Below, piece by piece: positions 1-10,086 of a stretch of DNA of 52,631 nucleotides (its first letter is position 1; every line of letters begins with the position of its first letter). The notes beneath the pieces were generated by a model. The model did no database searches. It was given only the letters and a program-made list of their open reading frames with translations, and was not told the DNA's origin. Both the position numbers and the translations under genes were made by a program. Where the stretch lies: positions 987,620 to 1,040,250 of the forward strand of contig NW_005201392.1 in assembly GCF_000372725.1 (NCBI RefSeq). Direction: 5' to 3'. Source of the DNA: Emiliania huxleyi CCMP1516. Lineage: Eukaryota.

Positions 1-381
1 CCGTTCTGTCTAAGCCCAGGGTTCAGCTTTCCAGTTGATCCTTATCGGACTGGTGAGTTCTTTCTCGCTGCCAGTGTGACGCCCCGGCAACATTGGCAGC
101 GGTGCTACACACACTACGCCATCTTTCGTTTGAGTTTTAGGAGTGTTTTTTGTTAACAATTTTTACGGGCTAGCGATTTCGCAGTACATGCGCACTAGTG
201 TGGCAGCGATAACGTCCCCGTGGCATGCTAAGGGGGCGCATGCGCACACCAGCCCCACGCGTCTGCCTCGCAACATCAGGGAGAGGACTCTTCCCAGCAT
301 CTCTTTGCGCTGTTCTCCCGTGACTCGCGCTGTCCCGTGGTGAATACGGAGGGGGGGGGTGTAGTCTCTCGCCACCTCCAG

Positions 382-877
382 GAGTGTGCCCGGGGAGGCG
401 CGGCTGCGGGGTGGATTGAGAAGTCTCAGAATGCAGAGAAACTGCAGGCGTGGGCAGAGGCGCGCGCTGCAAGAAATTTTCGCCATCGTGTTTTTCTTTT
501 TCTTCGTCGATATCCCATACTTCGACTCACATCATGAACACATCTTCATTGCTGCGGTGTGAGTGTGCCCGGGGAGGCGCGGCTGCGGGGTGGATTGAGA
601 AGGTCTCAGAATGCAGAGAAACTGCAGGCGTGGGCAGAGGCGCGCGCTGCAAGAAATTTTCGCCATCGTGTTTTTCTTTTTATGCTTATGGCAGTAAAAA
701 GAAACGGAACTGCGTGCGGCAGGCGCGGGCTCGGTCGATATCCCATACTTCGACTCCCATCTTCATTGCTGCGGTGCGAGTGTGCCCGGGGAGGCGCGGC
801 TGCGGGGTGGATTGAGAAGGTCTCAGAATGCAGAGAAACTGCAGGCGTGGGCAGAGGCGCGCGCTGCAGTTTCTCTG
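382..877. repeat. Tandem repeat, about 2.5 copies of a 180-220 bp unit
   Basis: GAGTGTGCCCGGGGAGGCGCGGCTGCGGGGTGGATTGAGAAG...CAGAATGCAGAGAAACTGCAGGCGTGGGCAGAGGCGCGCGCTGCA starts at 382, 561 and 778; copy 2 carries an extra internal segment. Confidence 0.9.
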
Positions 878-1810
878 ATCGGGCTGCTGGCGGTGTGAGC
901 GCGGGACGGCGTGGTGAGGCGAGAGGCAGGCTATTGTTGTGGGGTGCGGGCTGCGTCGTGAGGCGTATGCGTGCCCATGGTGCTGTGTGTGCAAGCAGGC
1001 TGGCGGTCTGTGCAGCAGAGAGCGGTTGAGCGCGCGCGCGCGCTCGTGCGGGCGTGCGTGCGCGCAGCGTGCCACGCGCGCGCCTCGTGCAGTGCAGACA
1101 GGCGCGAGGCGGCAGGGGCGCATTGTGGAGCACGCGGGCTGATGGTGCTGTATGCTGTGTGTGCAGGCAGGCTGACAGGCTGTGCATAAGACTGAGCGGA
1201 TGAGCGCGCGTGCGGGTGCGTGCGTGCGTGCGCGCCTTGCGTGGTGCCGAATCTGCGTCGTACTCGCGGCGCGTCCCGGTACAGCCGCTTGTGAGATGCC
1301 TGAAGCAGGGTGCAGAGCCTGCACAGGGCGCAAAAAGGCGAGGTAGTGCTGGTGAGGTGTGCTGCGGCGCGCGCGTCGCGGCGTGAGTGGATATGCGGCT
1401 TGCTCTGGTGGTGCGAGGGGCGCGTGGCTGGTGCGGGCGGCGCGGGACGGCCATGGGGCGCCAGCACAGGGCAGACGCACATGAGACACAGGCTTCTGGG
1501 CGCTACGCGTGTTTGCGTGCGCGCGGGGACGTACGCGCAGTTTTCACGCGGTGTGCGTGGAGAAGGGCATGAGGGGCGCCGGCCGCGCGTGTATTGGCGT
1601 GTGAGAGTGCGTGGTGCCCGAAGGCGACGGGGCCCGAAGGCAGGGAGGAGTCTTCCGAGCCTCGCAACAACGAGACTTCAAAGAAACCTGTCCCTCGGTT
1701 ACAAACTCACCGAGGCTGGGCGAGTGGGACCTGGCTCCTGCGTCCTGGGACACCCTCGCCAGCGAGACACATAACCGATAACGGTACAGCAAGTGCGGTA
1801 CAGCAAGTGC

Positions 1811-3083
1811 TCAGGCCTTTTCTTGCGGTGGACGCTCCGCTGCCGCCAGGATCCACTCGGCCACAGCCGCCGCCACCTCCTCGAAGCCTGGCTCTGTCGT
1901 CAGCGCGTGCCACATACCGAGAGACGTGAGGCGCTTCAGTGCACTGTGTGCCAGAGGCGCGCCTTTCATCTGGACCTCGCCCTCCGCGCTGCCGCCAATC
2001 AACACCAGTGCGCTGGAGCCGGCGCACGCACACCGCTCGTACACGGCCAGCGAGCCGAGTGGCTCTGTGAAGGTGTCGGCCTTGGAGTGGATGGCGAGGA
2101 GGTTGCCTATTAGAGCGACAGGAGCCCAGTGTGTGGAAGGGGAGGCTCGTATGGAGAGCGCGCGGGCGAGGAGCGGTCTTGCCGCAGCGCAGCTTCTCGA
2201 GCGAAGCGGGTCCGCCGCGCGCCATCATTGATTCGGTCACTTTGACAAACTCACAGCTCACGCGCACACGGAATGATCGCGTCCAGTTCAGCGGGTCAGC
2301 CTGCAGCTCCGCCTCCATGTGAGGGTGCACCGCGCTCTTTGCACGAGCCACGATGGGCAGCCTCGGCACCAGGCGCGAGAGCGAGTGCATCAGCGGCACG
2401 AGGTGGCCGTTGCGGAGGCCGAGCCACCGGCAGAAGTACTCATCGCGGATGGCGGTGAGGGATATCATTGGGGCGAGGAGCACCAGCCCCCGCGGGGGCC
2501 GTGACGTGGCGAGCATCTGCGCAGCTCGCACCGCGACGCCGCCGCCCATGGAGATGCCGACCCAAAAGACGGGGGTTCCCGCGGGGAGAGAGGCGCAAAA
2601 GGTCTCGTGCACGAGGAGCAGATCGCGGCACAGGTCGTCGAACTGGTCAATGTAGCAGCGAACGCCGGGCTCGAGGCTCTCACTAGAGCCGTGAGACTGG
2701 TGGTCGTACCCCAGGATGCTGATGCCCGCCCTACGCATGATGTCAAGCGCAGAGTCCTCGTATCGGTCCCGCAGTCCGCCGTCGCACGTCGTGCGCAGAA
2801 ACTCAAAGCGGCAGGATACGCCAACGCCATGCACCAGAATCGCGGCCGCTTTCGGGTGCTGCGCGTCAAATCGGAAAGTCGCCAGGCGCACACCCTGCTC
2901 GGTGAGCACGGAGCCGCGCTCCATGCCCGGGACCTTTGGCCACAGTTTGTCAGGGTCCACGGAGGCAGCTTTTTTTGTTCGCCGTTTAAGGCGCTGCTTG
3001 TGCGCCACCGCATAGGCCACGAGCAGCACAGTCAGGCCGACGGTGAGCTTGCTCATCTCGGCCGCCCAGCCGGGGTCGGTCAT
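1811..3083 (-). CDS. Alpha/beta-hydrolase, monoacylglycerol lipase/lysophospholipase family; 2 exons
   Basis: N-terminal hydrophobic anchor, LVHG oxyanion motif, YDHQSHGSS and nucleophile elbow GISMGG. Removing a GC-AG intron at 2107-2182 joins LLAIHSKADTF (catalytic Asp) and MWHALTTE (catalytic His). Start Met at 3083 is inferred. Confidence 0.85.
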
Positions 3084-3705
3084 CGAGCCCCAGCGACCAA
3101 GCCGAAGGGAGGATGCGTTAAACATATGGCTTTCGGAAAGTGAGGCTCTGGGTGCTCGTTGGCCAGCCAAGCGGACAGTGTCGGGCTTGGAGCTTCGCTG
3201 CAAACAAAAGAACTCTCTCTCGCAGTACACAGGCTCGAAAAGAACACGCAAAACAAGTTCCACGACCATGTCATTTTGGTAATTTAAAACGAAAATCAAA
3301 TCTTGGTGGTTTGACGATGTGCACGTTTGGCTTTGTGCATTGTGGGGGGGAGCAGCTAAGTCAGCTCACGGCTACGGTGATCGAGACAGGAAATGTTGCT
3401 AGAAACCTAGAGACTTCAACACACCTCTAACTCTGGCCACTCTGCGGTCTCACTCCGGAGCCCAGCCTGCGCGTCTCTCCTCCCCAGCTCCTCCTCAGAG
3501 CTCCTCTCGCTCTCCTGACGCGGAAGTTGAAAGCTCGGCCATCTGCGGGGAGGGCGACGCGGCTGAGCGAGAGAGGAGTAGCTGCTGCGGTAAGGCTGGC
3601 GGGGATTCGATGGAGGCAAGGGAGTGCCAGACAGTGGAAGTGAGGCCGGCAGGGAGGTGAAGCGCATGTGAAAGCGCATCTCTGGCGACGGGGGTGGCGC
3701 GCACC

Positions 3706-4142
3706 TTACTTCGCAACCTTGTTGATGAGCTGGAGCAGAGTCGACCCAAAGATCACAAACATGAAGAAGCCGAGCAGGAGCTTGGACACTGGGAGCTTGT
3801 CCTTGCGTCGCTGCAGGGCGCAGAGCGCGCGATCAGAGCGCAGGACGGCCGGGTCACGCGCGAGGGTCGCCGCGAGGGCAGGTCGCAAAGGCAGCGGCGC
3901 GGGAGCGACGGGGACTGCAGTGTGTCCACACACACGTGCGTGTGCGCAGAGGCAGACGCCAGCGCTCGCCTCCTCTGACGGATTTGAGATCTGGCCGCGC
4001 TTGGTGACATTGCCGGCAACCTTCTTGTCGCCACTGACGCGGCGGCGCTGGGCGGTGGCGGCGGAGACCTACAGGTGTCCATTGCGCGGCGTGGACGGAG
4101 CGCGCGCGCGCCACGCCGTGGGCCAGCGTGTTTGGTTGCCAT
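3706..4142 (-). CDS. SERP1: Stress-associated ER protein SERP1/RAMP4 (68 aa, 3 exons)
   Basis: Exons 4140-4142, 3970-4068 and 3706-3810 with GC-AG introns give MVSAATAQRRRVSGDKKVAGNVTKRGQISNPSEERRKDKLPVSKLLLGFFMFVIFGSTLLQLINKVAK. This fits the family pattern N(I/V)TxRG...PV...LL.FF.FV..GS...Q. Confidence 0.85.
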
Positions 4143-4699
4143 CGCAAAAAAGAAATGGAAGGTGCTCTACAGCCAAACCGCCGAGAAGGCAGTGACTCAA
4201 AGAGGTCGAGTCGCACTAATGGGGTGTCTCCTAGCTTACTAGAGCTCTGGTGGACGGCCCTGACTATCCCTGACACACAGGGAGTCACTCTGATGGCACA
4301 CAACACCCTATAACTGCGTCATGACCAGCCTGCCATGCGTCGCCGATGCCGCATTCATCGCTGTGCTTGTTTAGCACGCGGTGGACTGTCGGCTGCGAGG
4401 ACGGTCGCATTTGCGCGAGGCGAGGCGAGCATTCAGACGCGTTGTCTGCGCCATGACTCGCGCCAGCGCTTGCGGGAGCTCCTGGCTGAGCGTTGAGTCC
4501 AAGCGAGTTGCGCTGGCCACGATCGCTGCGCCAAGCCGAGCTGACGCGCCGAGGCGCCGGCCAGTCGCAGCCGTGAGGCATGCCACAGCAGCAGAGGCAC
4601 CTGCCACCCCCATTGGGCGGGCAGACAGAAGGCCAGGGCAGCACTGGCAAGTGCAACGCGCCTCATGTCGGAGAGCGACCGTGCCTCGTTCGCGGCTTA

Positions 4700-4873
4700 T
4701 GATGTAGAGTTTGTTGTAGAGATTTCACGTTGTGGAGCGCCTCTACATCGCTCTACAACGGAGGCACATCGTCACGCGGCGGATGTAGAGCTCTACAGCT
4801 CTACAGCGCTCTCCAGCACTCTACATCTCTATCTACAGCTCGCTGCGCTCTCACTCTACACCCTCCCTCATCA
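4700..4873. repeat. Degenerate CTCTACA/TGTAGAG short-repeat tract, possibly a small element relic
   Basis: Several CTCTAC(A) units on + and TGTAGAG units in the opposite orientation, bounded by TGATG...CATCA. Confidence 0.4.
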
Positions 4874-5505
4874 GACAGTCTTGTCCACGACATTGGAGCC
4901 AGGTGTGGGACGTGCGTGTGTGAAGTGCTTGCTGGCAGCTGTGTGTGTGTGGGGTGGATGGACGCGAGAAAGAATAGCTGCGTCCGCGGTCCGCCGGCCG
5001 CTTTCATGGAGGCAACACCGATGCGAGTCGACTGGTGTGAGTGTGAATCAGTGTGTCGTCGTGATGTCGTATTCAAGAGCACCCACTCGCTCACCCCACA
5101 CAGGTACAGGTACAGGTGCAGGTTTCCACCGCAACTTCCTTCCGGTTCGACTTCGAGCCGATTTGGGGAAAGGATAGGAAAGGGGATGTCCCTCCCATAC
5201 CATCAATCCAAACTTCAAACATACAATTTGTGCGAAGTGATGCTGTCGATGCGTACGCTGACGACGACGTGGGGCCGTGGGACCCGCAACTGCAGCAACG
5301 CATCAAGGATGCACTGGCGCCCCCCTGAGATTGATTGAGATGCAGATGAGCTCGCCAAGCTCGCGCACATGTGTTTCGTCGGTCGGCCGTCCTCTTCACA
5401 CATCTCATTGAGATTGTTATCCAAATTCCATGTTCACAGCAATTGTCTCCCCCTTTTTTTCACCACCTGAGATCCCGAATCTCAGCCCTGCAATTATGAC
5501 CCCAA

Positions 5506-5637
5506 CTGCCCCTGCCCTGCCCTGCCCTGCCCTGCCGCACTGCCCTGCCCGCACTGCCGCACAACTGCCCTGCCCGATCCCCTACCTGCCCCGGGTGTGA
5601 AACCCACACTGCCCTGCCCAGCCCAAACCACACTGCC
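5506..5637. repeat. (CTGCC)n imperfect microsatellite
   Basis: Repeated CCTGC/CTGCC units read directly from the sequence. Confidence 0.8.
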
Positions 5638-5678
5638 GGGGTGTTAATACCTGCCCGCTCGCGAGGTCTCGGAGAAAC

Positions 5679-6758
5679 TTGTCGCCCCTCTATGGCCGCC
5701 GCGTTCGCAAGACCCGCGAGACGTCCACACAGGGGTCCGGCCAGGGGCTGCTGCTGCACCCGCACCGTCGATCGATGGACCGCGCGGCCGACGGCTGGCG
5801 CGTCGTCCACGCCGGCCGCCTTCGCACGCCGCCTCCGCTGCCCGAGACGCTGAAAGCCGATTGGGAGGCCGTCTTCTCGATGGGCTGCTCCGAGCGCCAT
5901 CGCGTGCTGCGGCCGCTCGTCACCGGCTGCGGCCGCTCGGGCACGCACGCAGCGACGGCGATGCTCGCTCGCGCGGGACTCAACGCCGTGCACGAGAACG
6001 GCCACTTGGGCGACAATACGGTCTTCGTCTCGTGGCCCGCCGCAGCATATGAGCGCTCGGCAACGTATTGGCGCGGCTGGCAGTGTTTCGCTCCGATCGT
6101 CAAGGTGCATCGGGAGCCGCTAAACGCAATCTCATCCATCGCCAGCGGCTTCAATGCCCACGGCGTCTGTGGCAGCGGCAAGCGGAGCGCGACGAGCAGC
6201 ACCACTGTCAACGGCAGCAAGGTGCCCGACGTCAGCACAGCGAATGCGCGGCCGATGGACGAAGCCGGCTGGGATGCGGTGAGCTTTCAGCTCGCCAACC
6301 AGGTGATCTCGCTGCCGCTCGTCAACGAGACGAACAACTTTGCGCAATGCTGCCGTCTGAGTCGCCACGAGCGAATCTTGCTCGCGCTCAACTATTGGGT
6401 CGGCTGGAATGAGCTTGCAGACAGCGTGGCGACGCACTCCGTACCCATCGAGAGCCTGGCAGCCGACTCGTTCCAGTCGATTTGGTGCGCCTACTGCGGC
6501 GCCAGCGGAAATCGCTGCGCGTGCGATGCCCGCTCGCTGTCGACCAACGCCACCAACGTGGCCGAGTCGCGCCCAGACCACAACTTGAGCTCGACGGAGG
6601 TGCGCGGCGTGCCTCTGACGTGGCAGGAGCTCTATGCGATCGATGCGACCGCAGCGAAGCAGGCCGCAGCGCTGGCGCGCGCCTACGGCTACCCCGGGCC
6701 GTGGATTGCTGCCGCTGATAAGCGTGTGGACGGGACGAACGGAGGAGAAGTTAGTTAG
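5679..6758 (+). CDS. Sulfotransferase-like protein (P-loop fold); 5' end uncertain, first ATG at 5775
   Basis: LVTGCGRSGTHA resembles the 5'-phosphosulfate-binding loop and KVHREPLNAISS resembles the 3'-phosphate-binding R.P....S motif; C-terminal ARAYGY. Confidence 0.6.
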   Translation: MSPLYGRRVRKTRETSTQGSGQGLLLHPHRRSMDRAADGWRVVHAGRLRTPPPLPETLKADWEAVFSMGCSERHRVLRPLVTGCGRSGTHAATAMLARAGLNAVHENGHLGDNTVFVSWPAAAYERSATYWRGWQCFAPIVKVHREPLNAISSIASGFNAHGVCGSGKRSATSSTTVNGSKVPDVSTANARPMDEAGWDAVSFQLANQVISLPLVNETNNFAQCCRLSRHERILLALNYWVGWNELADSVATHSVPIESLAADSFQSIWCAYCGASGNRCACDARSLSTNATNVAESRPDHNLSSTEVRGVPLTWQELYAIDATAAKQAAALARAYGYPGPWIAAADKRVDGTNGGEVS

Positions 6759-7221
6759 TAAGGAGGCGAAAGCCGCCCGGTCCATGCTCACATGGCTAGC
6801 CCTGTGGACGCCGGCACGGTATTGATGCACGACGGGCGATGACGGTCACAGAGACTGAGCGTCTCTGAGTGCACGCACACGCACACACACACACACACAC
6901 ACATGCATGTGCATGTGTATGCATGAGTATGTGCTGAAGGTGAAGAGAGAGCGCCGGGGGCTCCGGACTGGACACCAGCGCGGTAATGCGTATGGGTGGA
7001 CGCTAGCGACAGGAGCTGACGGCACATGCTTGGAGCGCAGACACACAGCCCGCGAGCGATGGCCGATGCGTCTACCCAACTGCCTTCGACCGCAGGGGCC
7101 AGGGCGGGCGGTGGCAGCGGAGCGGCGGCGGAGGTGGAGGAGGAGGCGGAGGAGGAGGCAGAGAAGGCAAGGAGGCGGAGAGCCAGCATAACAAAAAGAA
7201 ACTCTCCTCCGGCCCGCAAAA

Positions 7222-9595
7222 ATGGCCGGCTCGGCCAGCCCACCGGTGCGAGACGTACGAGACGAGGACTGGGTCACGCTCGGGGGGGACGAGCTCGCGG
7301 ACGTGTACGCCCTCCCCGCCGAGGACTACGCTGGCGGCGAGCGCGAGCAGCTCTCCTCGGCGCTCGGCCGGCTCCTCGGCCTGCTGCAGGCCGAGGATGA
7401 GCCCTCGCAATCGTACACGCCTTTTGAGGAGGAGGCCGACGCTGCCGATGCGGTCGCGGCGGAGGCGGCCGCGGTCGCCGCGGCCGCCGCGGCCATGGCG
7501 GCGCGGGCCCAGCGCGCGCTGGCCGCCTCGCAGGCGCGCGTGCGCCAGCTGTGCGCCTGCTGTGACGAAGCCGCCGCGGAGGCAGAGGCGCAGCGTGAGC
7601 GCGCGCGGCGGGTCCGCGCGCGCGCCTCCGCCCTCGAGGCGCAGCTGAGGGACATGCGAGCCGGCGCCGCGTCGCTTGTCGCGGAGGAGGCCGAGGCCGA
7701 AGCGGCCGTCGGCGCGCGGCGCGCGGCGCTGGCGGCCGAGGCGGGGGCGCTGCGCGCCCACGAGGAGGCGGCCGCCTCCGGCCGCGCGGAGGCGCGGAGC
7801 GCGCTCTCCGCGGCGATGGAGCGTGCCTCGGAGGCGGCCGCCCGCGCGGCCGCGGTGAGGGACGGCCCGATGCTCTCCGAGGCGGGATGGGAGGCGCGCC
7901 TTGCGGAGGTCGAGGCGGCGGCGGCCGAGGCGACGGCGGAGCTGGCAGCGGTGCAAGCGGCGGAGGCGGCTCGCGAGGCCGCGCGGGCCGCCTCGCTGCG
8001 GGAGGTGGTGGAGGCGGCGGAGCGGAACAGCGCGCTCGGCGCGATCGAGCTCGACGCGGCCGCCGCGCGCCTCGAGGCACTTGCGTACCGGAGGAGCGGT
8101 CTGGAAGCGCAGGCGCGGAGAGGCGGGAGAGGGGGGAGAGGCGGGAGAGGCGGGAGAGGCGGCGGCGGGGGGGGGGGGGGGGGGGCCTCCCCAGGGAGGG
8201 GCAATTTCTGGAAAAAGTGCCGGGAGGGAGGGAGGGAGGGATGGGGGAGGGGGAGGGGGGGGGGGGGTCGGGAGTGTCGGGTCTCACCGGGGTCCCCGAG
8301 CCCCGTCCCCAGGTGCATGAAGTCGAGGGGCAGCTCCACGCCGCCGAGACCGAGCTCGCCGCTGCGCGTGCCGGCTGCCGTCGAGGGCTGGAGCAAGACG
8401 ACGGCGCTCACCGGGAAGCCGTTCGCCCGTAGGCACGCCCCGCCGCCGTCGAGAGTGCCACGCATGCAGATCGGCTGCGCTCCGCGGTTGTCGACGCGCG
8501 CGCAGCGCTCAGCGAGGAGCGGCGCGACACGCGCCGGCTGGTGGAGCAGGCGAGCGCTGCGGCGAGCGCCTCACTACGCCTTGCCGGGTCCGGGGCCGAC
8601 GACGGCGACGCTCGCAGCGAGGACGACGCGCCGCCGTCGCCGTCGCCGTCGCCGTCGCCAGGGTCGCTCGAGGAGCAGTTGGCGGCGGCCACTGCAGGCA
8701 CATCTCCCCACATCTCCCCATATCTCCCCATATCTCGCTGCAGGCACATTTCCCCACATCTCCCCACATCTCTCCCCATCTCCCCACATCTCCTTCAATC
8801 TCCCCATATCTCGCCGCAGACGTGGAGCGCTGGCGGACGCGCACCGAGGAGCTCGAGCTGCTTCGCGATGTGGTTGTCATCCACACCTCGCCCGACGGCA
8901 GCCGCGGCGCGCTCTGCGAGTACCAAAACGGCGGCCGGCGTGCCGGGCTCGAGTCGTTGCGCCGCGCCCTGGTCGGCGGCCGCTCGCGCCGGCTGACCTC
9001 GCCCATCGCGCGCACTGGGCCTCTCGCTGCGCTGCTGCGGCCGCTGCTGCGCACTTCCGGCTCCGCAAGCGGCGTGGCGCACGGCTCGCGCCCCCTCACC
9101 GCCGGCGCCGCTCTGCTGGGCGGCGGCTTTGGACTTGCCACTCTTGGCCCAGTCGGAGGGACGGCGCTCGCTGGTGCCGGAGCCGCCGCAGCGTACGTCG
9201 CGTCGAGCCGATCCCGCGAGTCGGGCGTGTTTGGTGGCAGCGCCACGGCCGACGACGTCGCCGTGCGTGCGCTTGCCCAAGCGGCCGCGGCAGCCGGCGG
9301 CGGCGATGACGAACACGCCAACGCGGCGGCCGCGGCCACCGGACAGGCCGAGGAGGTGGCGGCGGCGTCACTTCCGGCGGCGGGCGACGACGGCGACCAG
9401 TGCGGAAGCGACGACGGCGACGCCGCCGCCGTGGTCGCTGGCTCGGCGCCCGCCCTACAGCCACCAGGCGTCGCTGCTTTGGCAGCGGCGCATCCCCCCC
9501 CGGAGGTGGACAGGCTCGGGCTTCAGATCCGCATCGTCAGCGCCGACTCTGTCGAGGCGACTCTGCACTTCGCGCCGGCGGTCACTGCCAGCTGA
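7222..9595 (+). CDS. Coiled-coil protein of unknown function with a Gly/Ala hydrophobic segment; about 4 exons
   Basis: Ala/Glu/Arg heptad-rich frame at 7222-8112. Inferred introns ~8113-8312, ~8365-8432 and ~8698-8819 (CCCCACATCT repeats) link it to the 8822-9595 ORF. Confidence 0.6.
8700..8811. repeat. Intronic 10-bp tandem repeat (CCCCACATCT/CCCCATATCT)n
   Basis: Directly visible; the same family occurs in reverse orientation at 16768-16815 and 38566-38605, in introns of minus-strand genes. Confidence 0.9.
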
Positions 9596-10086
9596 TCGCG
9601 GCGATTGGCTCCGCAGTCGAGCATGCGTTGGGGCTGGCCTGCGGTGGCGTGGCCGTGCCTCGTGTGAGCTCCGCACAGCGTGTGGCAGCATTTGCGATTT
9701 GGGTGTGGTTGTGGGGAGGGGGGGGCGGGGGGGGTGAAATCGGCACAAAGCCGGAACCGCCACTCCATGTCCAGTCGTGAGTTGGGTTTGTGAACGCGAA
9801 CGGTAGAGTTCAATCGCGATCCGCTGTCCGCCTGAGTGTGTAGACTCATAAAGAGAAAGGTGTGGTCACTCTTGGGTAGTGGTCTTGGTACTTGGAGCGC
9901 GCACTCGCTTTTCTGAGTTTCTTGTTTGTTGTTTCAAAAAAATAAAGCCGAAAGCCGTAGAATCGTTCCGGCTTCCGCGAGCGCTGCGCCGTGCGCGTAG
10001 AGCGTGTGAAGGCCTCGAGATATCTTATTTGTAATAACGTAACTCTCTCGCACAATCCTCAGTCCTAGTCCCAGCATCTAGGATCC

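Noticed and set aside
559..1774. Overlapping ORFs of 120-280 aa
   Set aside because: They derive from tandem repeats and GC/GT low-complexity sequence and have Arg/Ala/Cys-biased composition with no domain signal.
5116..5328. 70-aa protein-like ORF
   Set aside because: Short, no ATG start and no family motif; at most a relic.
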